A DNA stretch of 64,000 nucleotides from Muribaculaceae bacterium (GTDB lineage Bacteria; Bacteroidota; Bacteroidia; Bacteroidales; Muribaculaceae), in contig JAEEJI010000128.1 in the NCBI GenBank assembly GCA_016281825.1, positions 6,241 to 70,240 of the forward strand, given 5' to 3'. Below are positions 26,869-36,807 of the stretch, one piece after another (position 1 is the stretch's first letter; each line of letters opens with the position of its first letter). The notes under the pieces are model-generated. The model ran no database searches, was not told the DNA's origin, and saw nothing but the letters and a program-made list of their open reading frames with translations. The position numbers and the translations under genes are program-made.

Positions 26869-28062
26869 ATGAGAATGATTACCTATTACGGAGCGACCGA
26901 CACCGGCAAGGTGCGCGACCTCAACGAAGACACTTTCATCTCACAGTATCTGTGGGATGACCGTCATGTACTCTGCGTTGCCATTGACGGTCTGGGAGGC
27001 TACGAGGGTGGCGAGGTGGCCGCCGCCCTAGCGCGTGATACCATTGTTGACTACTTGATGAGTCATCGCGACGGCGACTGTCTAGACCTGCTCAAGCAAG
27101 CGGTCACCGAAGCCAACAACCGCATCGTCGAGCATCAACAGACTACAGCCGGCTGCAGCCGCATGGGGTGCGTCCTCACCGCTGGTCTGTTTGAGGTTGA
27201 CGAGATGCGTCTTAACGTGGCTCATGTGGGCGACTCACGCATGTATCGTTGGCGCAGCGGAAAGCTTGACAAGATTACCCACGACCATTCATTGGTAGGA
27301 TTTCGCGAGGACAGCGGCGAACTCACCGAGGAGCAAGCCATGAACCACCCGCAGCGAAACATCGTTGAGCGCATCCTGGGTGACAAGATTCACATGCTAG
27401 ATGACAAAAACTTTATTGAGGCTTCCATCGAACAAGTATATTCCGGCGACCTCTTCATCTTCTGCTCTGATGGACTAAGCGACATGATTACCTCCGCCGA
27501 GATTTCGGGAACCGTCGCACGCCACCGCAAGAAAGGGCTTACCACCATAGCCAAAGAACTTATAAAGGCGGCACTAGAACATGGCGGCAAAGACAATATC
27601 ACTGTGGTGATTGCGCTGGCCGAGGATGACGAGGTAGGTACTCCCGACCCATTCCAGCAAGAGCCATATAAACCTGAGCCAGACATCCATCAAAATGATG
27701 GCAATGACAAAACCTGCAATGGTATGAAGCCCGGAGAAGGCAAGTGCTTGAGCAAACGCTTGTTGCCGTGGATAGCGGCAGCACTTGTTGCCCTGGCTGT
27801 CGGAACCGGGGCTTTCTTCGGTGGAATGCAGATGGGCATCAATCGACAGAAAGTTGAGATGGATTCTTTGCTCATGGCAAAGAACACCATCATTGGAGTG
27901 CTGGATGATAGTCTCAAGAGCCAACAAGACTCCATCGTAGTGCTCAACGACTCAATAAAAAACATGAACAAGAAAGTTGACAAACGCAATAAAAAGGAAC
28001 CGAGCTTTATTGAACAACTTATTATCAGTCTGAATAATGCTCAAAACCAAAACAACAATTAA
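26869..28062 (+). CDS. PP2C/PPM Ser/Thr phosphatase with C-terminal TM (PstP-like)
   Basis: TDTGKVR..NED, DGLGG, AHVGDSRMY, THDHS, HPQRN, CSDGLSD, GGKDNITV; TM LLPWIAAALVALAVG. Confidence 0.93.
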   Translation: MRMITYYGATDTGKVRDLNEDTFISQYLWDDRHVLCVAIDGLGGYEGGEVAAALARDTIVDYLMSHRDGDCLDLLKQAVTEANNRIVEHQQTTAGCSRMGCVLTAGLFEVDEMRLNVAHVGDSRMYRWRSGKLDKITHDHSLVGFREDSGELTEEQAMNHPQRNIVERILGDKIHMLDDKNFIEASIEQVYSGDLFIFCSDGLSDMITSAEISGTVARHRKKGLTTIAKELIKAALEHGGKDNITVVIALAEDDEVGTPDPFQQEPYKPEPDIHQNDGNDKTCNGMKPGEGKCLSKRLLPWIAAALVALAVGTGAFFGGMQMGINRQKVEMDSLLMAKNTIIGVLDDSLKSQQDSIVVLNDSIKNMNKKVDKRNKKEPSFIEQLIISLNNAQNQNNN

Positions 28063-28067
28063 CTACC

Positions 28068-31000
28068 ATGAAAAACATCAAAGACATCCTAGGTTTGTTG
28101 CTCGTGTCGTTGTTGCTCATCTTCGGCGCGTTTACCTTGACGCACAATCATTCCGACTATTTTAAACGCATTGAGCAGGCCTACCGCGACCATGATTCTT
28201 ATAATCTAGACCCGAAACTTGGTCCTGGTTCGTTGGCCAACTTGCTGCAAAGTCACAACTATGTCAGTGACACGACCGACGCGCGCTATATCGCCACACA
28301 CATCACCAAGCAATGTCAAGATGGAGGCTTCGCCAACTTAGGCGCACTAAACCGCAACGTGAACAAGCTCAGCGCCACCGATATCCTTGCTCATGGGGGC
28401 TCCGAGCTACATGAACGTCTTGTTGACGCACGCTGTAGGTTAGGAGTACCCGATACCTCTGCGACAACACCGCCCATTGCACCTGGCCAACCGGTCATCA
28501 AGGTCATCGTTACCCACCGCGACACCTTGGGCGGGATGAAAGGGCTTGTCAACAAAATCATGCGCCGCGCCAATTTCCCAGTAGCTGGTGTCCCTGTCCG
28601 CTTGACCGAACACATCCAGGTCAAGCGCAACGAGTTTGATGCATCGCCACAGCCTTTCAGCTCACGTGACACAGTTCTTGCTTGGGCCGTGACCAATGCT
28701 AGCGGCGAAGCATTATTCCCCGTCGAAAAAGGACACTACTACAGCGTGACACCTGTGCAAGACGGCTATGAGTTCGGCCGTGAACAAGGCACCGTGCGCG
28801 GAGCCATCAGCGACAACCAGACGACTTACAATTTCAGCCAACGCGAGCAGAAACTGACTCCATTCTCCACTCCTACCTATTACCGCATCAAGGAAGACCG
28901 AGCATTGACCGTTCGCACCCCAACCCAGTGGAAAGACTCGCTCATCGTATCCATTATCATGTTCTTAATGGCTTGGTGGATAGGCTTTTTCATCATCGCG
29001 ACCATTGACCGACGGCTGAACCGCGTGAGTGACCACCTGCTACTGATTGCACTGATGGCAATGACCGCCATCGGCCTGCTTGCCATGTACTCCATTGCCG
29101 ACCCCCTCGTTGATCGTCTGCTGGGAGCCGACACAGCATGGGGAACTGTCTTCGGTGTGGCCGCATTGTGTGTGCTCTCGTCGGTAAACTATGTGAAATA
29201 TTACAACTCGCAGAGCGCTGTACAACCTAAAGGCGCAAAGTTTGATGTTTTCTCGCAAGTTCTTCGCTGGATAGTCCTGCCTTTCGGCAAGAAAGTCGAG
29301 ACACTCAAACACAACCCGACGAAGAACAAAATGAAAGGCCTGCTGATGTCGGTGGGCTACTTTGCCGGATTATTGTTGAGCGTGTTATTGCTCCCTATCG
29401 AATGGACTTGGAAATTGATTCAGTGGATTGGCAACAAACTGCACATACCCTCAATGAGCCTTCCCAACGGCATAGGCTACCTGTTGCTGGCTATGGTGTT
29501 GGTGATTTTGCTCGGCATCTTTGGTACTGGTCCTGAAGGCAGCGGCGCACGCGTCAACCTGGGTCCATTGCAGCCAAGTGAAATCTCAAAATACTTGGTA
29601 GTTACCTTCATCGCTGCATTCTTTGCACAAAATGCCAAGACTATCCACGATTTTGCCGATGCCCAAAAAACCGGATGGCGCAATGCCCGCCTCCAAGTAC
29701 GAAAGGTGTGGAAGGTGGTACTGGCTATTGCCATTCTCCTGATGATGTATTTGGGACTCATCAGCGACATGGGGCCGGCACTGGTGCTTATCGTCACTTT
29801 CATCTTGCTCTATTCGGTCGCTCGAAGAGACTTTCCTCAATTGGTCATTGGTGTGGTCACATTCATCGTCACCATGTTCCTGGGCAGTTGCATCAGCTCC
29901 AGTCCAGTTGTCCTGACCCTGTTTGCTGTCTTGTGGATGGCCGCTTGGATTGGCATCTGTTGGATAACAAAGAAGCGTGTCTACGAGAGTGCCATCATGA
30001 TGGCACTGCTCATCACCCTGTTCATGCAGGGAGGCAACTTGCTCACCGCCTTGGGATTTAGCGAGGGTGAGCGCCTGGCCAACCGCAACGCAGTGGCCTT
30101 GTCAGGCGTGTGGAATAACGATGTGCCTGGCGGCGACCAGGTGGCACAAGGCTTATGGAGTCTGGCAACTGGCGGTATGGGCGGCCAAGGCCTGGGCAAA
30201 GGCAATCCCAGCATGGTGCCCGCGTTCAACACCGATATGGCATTCACTAGCATTGGCGAAGTGATGGGATGGATAGCCCTGGCGCTCATCTTGGTGTGCC
30301 TAATTATCATCATACATCGCAGCCTGTTATTAGCCCGCCGCTCGGGACATCCCTTCCAGTTCTTCCTAGCATCGGGAATTGCTATCGTCACCGGTGTGCA
30401 GTTCTTCGTCATCGTCTTGGGCAGTGTGGGAATCATTCCGCTCACGGGTGTGGCCGTGCCATTGCTCAGCTATGGCAAGTCAAGTCTGATTATGAACTTA
30501 GCTGCTTTCGGCATCATCATCTCGTGCAGCCGGCACCAAGCTACAAAACATCAACGTGAGGAAATAAAAGACTACGACAACGTGGTGGCGGCATCATGTT
30601 GGAGTTTCATCGGCTTGTCGGTGTTGTTGCTAGGTGTATTGTTCTGGTATCAGGATCTCAATCGTGATGACATTCTTATCCGCCCAGCCTACGTGTCCAC
30701 GATGCAGGGCGAGCGCATTGCCGAGTATAACCCGCGCATCCGTCTGTTGATGAACCATCTAGATGCCGGAAACATCTATGACCGCAATGGATTATTGCTC
30801 GCCACCAGCAGCAATGAACTGCTGCTGCAGAACATCACTGAGTTGTCACAGCATGGCCTCAATGCCACCGAATTGCTTGCATTATCGCACAAGCGGTTAT
30901 ACCGTTATTACCCCTTCGCCGAACACACTTTCTTCATGCTTGGCGACATCAATACACGGACTCTGTGGAATAACAACGACAGCGACCCATACGGATATAT

Positions 31001-32435
31001 GGCCGAACAACGGCATTTGTCCGAGCTGCGTGGTTTTGACAATATGATGCGTGATGATGAGGGCAAAGCAGTGGTAGATGTTGTTGAGGCGCATTCCTAT
31101 CGCTATAACCGCTTTCTACCGCCCGAACATCAACAGTTCAAATTCACTCGAAAGGACTACTCCTGCTTGCTGTCCATGTTAAAGAAAGGAGCGAACAGTG
31201 ACCTGGTCAAAGAATGGAATGAGAACCGCAACAAACGCGACCTCACGCTCACCCTCGATGCCAACCTGCAACGCCTGCTTCAAGAGCAGATGGCACAATA
31301 TTTACAAAACGACCCCAGCTTTAGCTGGAATAGAAAGTTGCGTGCTAGTGTTGTTGTGCTCGATGCCCGCAATGGCGACTTGCTCACCTCATCTTGCTAC
31401 CCACTTCCCGACCAGGAGCGCATCGCAGAGAATGGCGGAAAGTACTATAAAGATTATGCGCCAGACTTCGTGGCATTTACTGACCGTGACCTTGGCATGA
31501 CTTTCCAGACTCAACCAGGCTCAACGGCAAAAGTCATGTCTGCATTGGCGGGATACATGAAATTGGGCAGTACAGCATCACAGAAAAACTACTATGTATT
31601 TGAAGATGAGGCTGTGGACTATAACCATGAAACCAAAAGGCCTATTGACCCAACAGGAAATGTTAACATGCAACGAGCCATCGTCTTGTCATCAAACAAC
31701 TTCTTTGTTCATCTAGTCAATGACCAAGACCTCTATCACGAGTTAGATAGCATCTATCGCATGGCTGGTATTCGCATACACATCAATGACGGCCGCAACG
31801 TGTCAAAAACGCCCTATTTCTTCACACTTGACCCCACCTTCTCATTTGATGGCGAGATAGATGTGATGCGCACGCAGGGCACCGGGAAGTATACAACCTA
31901 CATGACGCAGGGACGCCAACGTAAGCATGATCGTTTCAATTGGTGGCAAACCGGCAATGCTTGGGGCCAGCACAACATCTATGCCACGCCTCTCAATATG
32001 GCACGCATCGCCGCCATGGTAGCTTGTAATGGTCAGTTTACACCTACACGTTATGTCTTGAGCTATGGTACTGGCAAGGATCAAAAAGAAGCCGAAAGAC
32101 ACGAACCCATCCCGATGGTAAGCAACACGACCGACCTGCGACACTTCATGCAACTTGAAAGTGACAAGCATCGTAGTAGCCACCCGTTACCTGGCTCAAC
32201 TGGAAACGATGCTCGTATGGGCGGGAAGACGGGTACCCCAGAACGTGCAGGAGAACGTGGCCGACGCATCAATGATGCCTGGTACATCTGCTTTATCCAA
32301 AGTGACAGGCAACAAAGTCCGCTTGCCATCGCTGTTCGCATTGAGCGCAGCCACGTTGGATCTGGTAAAGCCGTTGATTTTGTCGCACGTGCCGTCATTC
32401 CCGCTCTCAATGCGGCCGGCTACCAAGTGCAGTAG
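28068..32435 (+). CDS. RodA/FtsW (SEDS) glycosyltransferase fused to class B PBP transpeptidase, with N-terminal periplasmic domain
   Basis: QPSEISK, SDMGPAL, GGMGGQGLGKG, NTDMAFTSIGE, PLTGVAVPLLSYG; then GNIYDRNG, TLTLD..LQ, PGSTAK (SxxK), SSN (SxN), GKTGT. Confidence 0.92.
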   Translation: MKNIKDILGLLLVSLLLIFGAFTLTHNHSDYFKRIEQAYRDHDSYNLDPKLGPGSLANLLQSHNYVSDTTDARYIATHITKQCQDGGFANLGALNRNVNKLSATDILAHGGSELHERLVDARCRLGVPDTSATTPPIAPGQPVIKVIVTHRDTLGGMKGLVNKIMRRANFPVAGVPVRLTEHIQVKRNEFDASPQPFSSRDTVLAWAVTNASGEALFPVEKGHYYSVTPVQDGYEFGREQGTVRGAISDNQTTYNFSQREQKLTPFSTPTYYRIKEDRALTVRTPTQWKDSLIVSIIMFLMAWWIGFFIIATIDRRLNRVSDHLLLIALMAMTAIGLLAMYSIADPLVDRLLGADTAWGTVFGVAALCVLSSVNYVKYYNSQSAVQPKGAKFDVFSQVLRWIVLPFGKKVETLKHNPTKNKMKGLLMSVGYFAGLLLSVLLLPIEWTWKLIQWIGNKLHIPSMSLPNGIGYLLLAMVLVILLGIFGTGPEGSGARVNLGPLQPSEISKYLVVTFIAAFFAQNAKTIHDFADAQKTGWRNARLQVRKVWKVVLAIAILLMMYLGLISDMGPALVLIVTFILLYSVARRDFPQLVIGVVTFIVTMFLGSCISSSPVVLTLFAVLWMAAWIGICWITKKRVYESAIMMALLITLFMQGGNLLTALGFSEGERLANRNAVALSGVWNNDVPGGDQVAQGLWSLATGGMGGQGLGKGNPSMVPAFNTDMAFTSIGEVMGWIALALILVCLIIIIHRSLLLARRSGHPFQFFLASGIAIVTGVQFFVIVLGSVGIIPLTGVAVPLLSYGKSSLIMNLAAFGIIISCSRHQATKHQREEIKDYDNVVAASCWSFIGLSVLLLGVLFWYQDLNRDDILIRPAYVSTMQGERIAEYNPRIRLLMNHLDAGNIYDRNGLLLATSSNELLLQNITELSQHGLNATELLALSHKRLYRYYPFAEHTFFMLGDINTRTLWNNNDSDPYGYMAEQRHLSELRGFDNMMRDDEGKAVVDVVEAHSYRYNRFLPPEHQQFKFTRKDYSCLLSMLKKGANSDLVKEWNENRNKRDLTLTLDANLQRLLQEQMAQYLQNDPSFSWNRKLRASVVVLDARNGDLLTSSCYPLPDQERIAENGGKYYKDYAPDFVAFTDRDLGMTFQTQPGSTAKVMSALAGYMKLGSTASQKNYYVFEDEAVDYNHETKRPIDPTGNVNMQRAIVLSSNNFFVHLVNDQDLYHELDSIYRMAGIRIHINDGRNVSKTPYFFTLDPTFSFDGEIDVMRTQGTGKYTTYMTQGRQRKHDRFNWWQTGNAWGQHNIYATPLNMARIAAMVACNGQFTPTRYVLSYGTGKDQKEAERHEPIPMVSNTTDLRHFMQLESDKHRSSHPLPGSTGNDARMGGKTGTPERAGERGRRINDAWYICFIQSDRQQSPLAIAVRIERSHVGSGKAVDFVARAVIPALNAAGYQVQ

Positions 32436-32495
32436 CTTGAATGCGACGCAAACAGGACTAAACGATAAAAACAAGAAACTATCATATAGGAAGCT

Positions 32496-34649
32496 ATGAC
32501 GTTAAACGACGAATATGACATTTTAGGCATTTACAATGGGGCGTTTGCCACTGTATATAAGGCGCGACACAAACGTCTGGGCTATGTGCGTGCCGTCAAG
32601 GAGCTGAAGGATGCCATCATCAGCGAACAGGACAGAGCCTACCAGACTTTCCTCAAGGAATGCAAGGTGCTAATGCAAATTGGCAACGGCTATTGTCCCA
32701 ACATCGTCAGGATGTACAGTCCGCGACTGTTGGGCAACCATGCCGTGGTTGAGATGGACTTTATCGAGGGACCGACATTGGTCAAGTACCTCAATGACAA
32801 TCACTTCATGCCCATCGACGAGGTAATGCGTCTCATCAAGGAAATTGGCGGCGCATTAGCCTATTGCCATCACGACATCTACAAGTTCTTGATGAACCCG
32901 TCTGAAGACCATCTGAATCGAGACCCTAACGATGCCACAAAATATGTAATTACAAGTCAGAAGGAACGCGAACTTATCAACAAGTACCGCATTGTTCATA
33001 ACGACATCCACTCGGGCAACGTCATGCGGCGCAACCAGGACGGCAGTTATGTGCTATTAGACTTCGGGCTCGCCATTCAGAACGGGCATGCCGTCAAAAG
33101 CAGCTCACGCAATCAGGGTGCCTACGAGTATAAGGCTCCTGAAAAATGGGACATGGCGCTCTCAGACGACGTGCCGCCACAGTGCGACATTTACAGCTTC
33201 GGCATCCTGTTGTTCGAGGCCTTGACCGGCAGGGTGCCCTTTGAGTTCGACCCCGACAAGTTCAGTAACGAGCTTGCCGCACAGAACGAGATGCGACGGC
33301 TACACCACACCGAGCCTGTACCAGCCATAGAACCCCTGCGCCGCAAAGCATTCCACAAGACCAAACCCACCTTAGCCTGGATCAAGGACTATCCCGACTG
33401 GTTGGAGCAGATGGTGCAGAAATGTCTGGCCAAAGACCCTGCCGACCGCTATGCCGATGCCTACGAACTGATGGAGGACTTCAACCGCCATAGTGCAACC
33501 GCACCAACAACCGACACCCAGCGAGAAGAAGAATTGCAGCACAAAGTCGAGCAACTGGAGAGAGAGATCGCACGCCTCAAGCAAAATGGGGGAATCACGT
33601 CATTGGCCGAATTCCCAAAACCTAAAGCCGAGACGCCCAAGCCCGAAACCAATGAGAAAAAAGAACCGGTGAAACCGTCCCCAAAAAGGTCTAGGGGTTG
33701 GATGATTGCAGCAATATTAGCCTTTGTGGGGCTCTGCATAGCGATTGGCGTCATCGCACTGCAAAACGATTACACGCCCCCCCCAATGCCAGAACCCGAA
33801 GAAGAAGAGGAAGAAGTCATCGAAGAAAGCAAAGGGCCATCGGCCACGGTCGAGAACGTATGGGTGAGCCAAAACCAGTCGTCAGACTATGGAGTTGGCA
33901 TGACCATCCATGTCAAGTTCAATGTCAAGCAAATGATGAGCCGAGAATTGATGGTTCTCGCATATTTCTATGACAGCAACAACAACAAGCTCATTGACAC
34001 GAACCACGACATCTGCTCAAAGTACGGCACCGACGGCGAGAACGACAGCCAAGTCTGCGTATCAAAAACCATGACACCCAGTTATGAGGACTCCCACTAT
34101 GATGACCTGGAGCTTTTCATTCCTTACGGCGAGTTGCACCAAACAAAGAATGAGGGTCCCAAAACACTGAAGTTTAAGATTTCTATGAGGGACAAAGAAG
34201 CGAAAGAATTTATTTACCAAGGCGATTATCACGAATTCACGCTCGACCCGACCGTCACGCCCTTTGCCTCAATTGATAGTGTGCGGATGGAACATAACCA
34301 GATGGTCGATGGAGTAAAGACATTAAAAGTACACATGAAGCTATGTGTTAATGGCATGAAGGGCAAGGAATTCTCTAGCCGCTTGTGGTTTTACCAGAAC
34401 GACAACTCCACAAAACTTCTCGACAAGAACGGAGATCAGGTGGGCAGTGTGAAAGAAAAGGGTACACCCAGTTATATCTGTTCAGTCTGGAAAGATTGGG
34501 TGATATCCATCCCAAACGATGACTTCCTGGGAGCGACCAATCATGAAGACGAGAACAAGAAGTGTTCGTTTGACATTGTTGTCAAAGACGACAATGGCGA
34601 TGTACTTACCCGGGTTGAGAACATAAAGATACAGAAAAGCCAAGATTAG
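32496..34649 (+). CDS. membrane Ser/Thr protein kinase 1
   Basis: AVK, FLKEC, HNDIHSGN, DFG, YKAPE, DIYSFG; coiled coil, TM and two beta-rich extracytoplasmic repeats. Confidence 0.9.
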   Translation: MTLNDEYDILGIYNGAFATVYKARHKRLGYVRAVKELKDAIISEQDRAYQTFLKECKVLMQIGNGYCPNIVRMYSPRLLGNHAVVEMDFIEGPTLVKYLNDNHFMPIDEVMRLIKEIGGALAYCHHDIYKFLMNPSEDHLNRDPNDATKYVITSQKERELINKYRIVHNDIHSGNVMRRNQDGSYVLLDFGLAIQNGHAVKSSSRNQGAYEYKAPEKWDMALSDDVPPQCDIYSFGILLFEALTGRVPFEFDPDKFSNELAAQNEMRRLHHTEPVPAIEPLRRKAFHKTKPTLAWIKDYPDWLEQMVQKCLAKDPADRYADAYELMEDFNRHSATAPTTDTQREEELQHKVEQLEREIARLKQNGGITSLAEFPKPKAETPKPETNEKKEPVKPSPKRSRGWMIAAILAFVGLCIAIGVIALQNDYTPPPMPEPEEEEEEVIEESKGPSATVENVWVSQNQSSDYGVGMTIHVKFNVKQMMSRELMVLAYFYDSNNNKLIDTNHDICSKYGTDGENDSQVCVSKTMTPSYEDSHYDDLELFIPYGELHQTKNEGPKTLKFKISMRDKEAKEFIYQGDYHEFTLDPTVTPFASIDSVRMEHNQMVDGVKTLKVHMKLCVNGMKGKEFSSRLWFYQNDNSTKLLDKNGDQVGSVKEKGTPSYICSVWKDWVISIPNDDFLGATNHEDENKKCSFDIVVKDDNGDVLTRVENIKIQKSQD

Positions 34650-34652
34650 TTT

Positions 34653-36797
34653 ATGAAGCTGGGGGAAGACTATGACATATTAGGTATCTATTCTGGCGGG
34701 TTTGCCACGGTATACAAGGTGCGTCACTTGCGTCTAGGCTATGTGCGTGCCGTCAAGGTACTGAAAGATGCCGTTCTCAGTGAGAACGATAAGACCTACC
34801 AGACCTTCCTCAAGGAATGCCAATTAATGTTACAAATTGGCAACGGCAACTGCCCCAGCATCATCAAGATGTATTCTCCTCATTTGATAGGCACCCACCC
34901 CTCGGTCGAGATGGATTTCATCCAAGGAAAGACTCTGGACAAATACCTGAGCGAGAAATCATTTATGACCATTGCCGAGGTGATGCGGCTAGTTCAAGAC
35001 ATAGGCGGCGCACTGGCTTACTGCCATCATGATGTCTATCAGTTCCTGATGAACCCTATCGAGGACCACTTGACTCCCGACCCAAATGACGGCACCAAAT
35101 ATGTCATCACCGACAAGCAGGAACATGCGCTTGTCAGTAAATACCAGGTAGTGCACAATGACATCCACTCGGGCAACGTCATGCGTCGTGACTACGACGG
35201 TACCTTTGTGCTGCTAGACTTCGGATTGGCCATCCAGGACGGAAAGGCTGTAAGAAGCACCTATAAAAATGCTGGTGCCATTGAATTCAAGCCACCAGAA
35301 AAGTGGGAAATGAGCATCAATACCGCTCTGACACCACAGAGCGACATCTATAGCTTTGGTGTTCTGCTCTATCAAGCATTGGCTGGCAGACCGCCCTTTG
35401 AGGTCAATCGTCTTGTGTTCAGCAGCGACCTCGCTGCGCAAAACGAGATGCGCCGTTTGCATTGCGAAGTGCAGCCAGGTGACATTGAGCCTCTGCGCGA
35501 GCAGGCTTTCCAGAAAGCCCAACCTGGGCAGAAATGGGTCAAGGACTATCCCGACTGGTTGGAGCAACTCATCATGAAATGCCTTGCCAAGAATCCCGCC
35601 GACCGCTATGCCGACGGGTACGAACTGATGAAGGAATTCAACCATCACATTAATGATGGTCATTTAACAGCGCAAGATTTTATTGTCAACGAATTAAAAC
35701 AACAATTGCAGGAGGCTCAACAAAACTGCGAACAGCTGAAAAAAGAACGAAAGTCCTGGATGAGAACCAACGAAAATCTCAGCAATGAGAATAAGCAGCT
35801 GTCTCTTCGAAATAAGGAATTGCGAGAAAACCTCAAGAAGGCAGATAATCGTGGGATTAAAACTCCATGGGGCTGGATGCTTGCCACGTGTATCCTCTTG
35901 GGTTCCACATTAGGCTTGATGTTCTCTGACACAAGTGGCAAGGATAAGCTCAACTATCTGAGCTCGCTCATGCCGTGGTACAGCACAGACTCCTGCTCAA
36001 CCGTGCCACCAACCGCGACGATTGATTCAGTGACGATTGATCATAACAAAACCTTAAACGATGGCAACGGAATGGAACTCCACGTCAACCTCAATGTGGA
36101 GCACATGAAGGGACGCGTAGTCAGAGTAGTGGCATTTTTCTACGACAATCAGGGTAATCCTTTAAATGACAGGAACAATCTATATGCCTCATCTGACGGT
36201 CATGTTGCTACCGGGACAACAGTGAAGCCAAACAAAGAAGAGTCAAAATACAAAGATTTAGTGCTCTCAATCCCCTACGCCGAGCTGCATCAGCGTAACA
36301 AGGAACCTGAGACGCTACAATACAAAATTTGTGTCTACGACCAAACGTCCTGGCAACCGCTCTTTATAGAAAAGACTTATCACACGTTTGAGTTCGACAT
36401 CCTCAAGATGCCACATGCTATGTTCAACAAAGTGTGGTTTGAACAAAACGTGATGAAAGATGGCAAAAAGTCGTTACTCGTACACTCAAACTTCAGTGTC
36501 GTGGGCATGAAGGGAAAGAAAGTCTATTATTCGGTCTTTTTCTACAAACAAGACAACAAGACACCACTCATGCACAAGAACGGCTACCAAATCTTCCCTA
36601 CTGTCAACAGTATTTCCAAAAGCGAAAGGTATTATTGGAGCGATTGGTGTATCATTATCCCAAATACGACCTTCTTGGGAGCAGTCAACCTCGACGACAA
36701 GCAACGGCAATGCTCGTTTGACATCGTGGCACATGATGAGGAGGGACGCGTTCTTGGCTGCGTCAAGAACAAAAAAATCAGAATGAAACAAAACTAA
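34653..36797 (+). CDS. membrane Ser/Thr protein kinase 2
   Basis: AVKVLK, HNDIHSGN, DFG, FKPPE, SDIYSFG; same architecture as kinase 1. Confidence 0.9.
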   Translation: MKLGEDYDILGIYSGGFATVYKVRHLRLGYVRAVKVLKDAVLSENDKTYQTFLKECQLMLQIGNGNCPSIIKMYSPHLIGTHPSVEMDFIQGKTLDKYLSEKSFMTIAEVMRLVQDIGGALAYCHHDVYQFLMNPIEDHLTPDPNDGTKYVITDKQEHALVSKYQVVHNDIHSGNVMRRDYDGTFVLLDFGLAIQDGKAVRSTYKNAGAIEFKPPEKWEMSINTALTPQSDIYSFGVLLYQALAGRPPFEVNRLVFSSDLAAQNEMRRLHCEVQPGDIEPLREQAFQKAQPGQKWVKDYPDWLEQLIMKCLAKNPADRYADGYELMKEFNHHINDGHLTAQDFIVNELKQQLQEAQQNCEQLKKERKSWMRTNENLSNENKQLSLRNKELRENLKKADNRGIKTPWGWMLATCILLGSTLGLMFSDTSGKDKLNYLSSLMPWYSTDSCSTVPPTATIDSVTIDHNKTLNDGNGMELHVNLNVEHMKGRVVRVVAFFYDNQGNPLNDRNNLYASSDGHVATGTTVKPNKEESKYKDLVLSIPYAELHQRNKEPETLQYKICVYDQTSWQPLFIEKTYHTFEFDILKMPHAMFNKVWFEQNVMKDGKKSLLVHSNFSVVGMKGKKVYYSVFFYKQDNKTPLMHKNGYQIFPTVNSISKSERYYWSDWCIIIPNTTFLGAVNLDDKQRQCSFDIVAHDEEGRVLGCVKNKKIRMKQN

Positions 36798-36807
36798 CAA
36801 CTTTATT

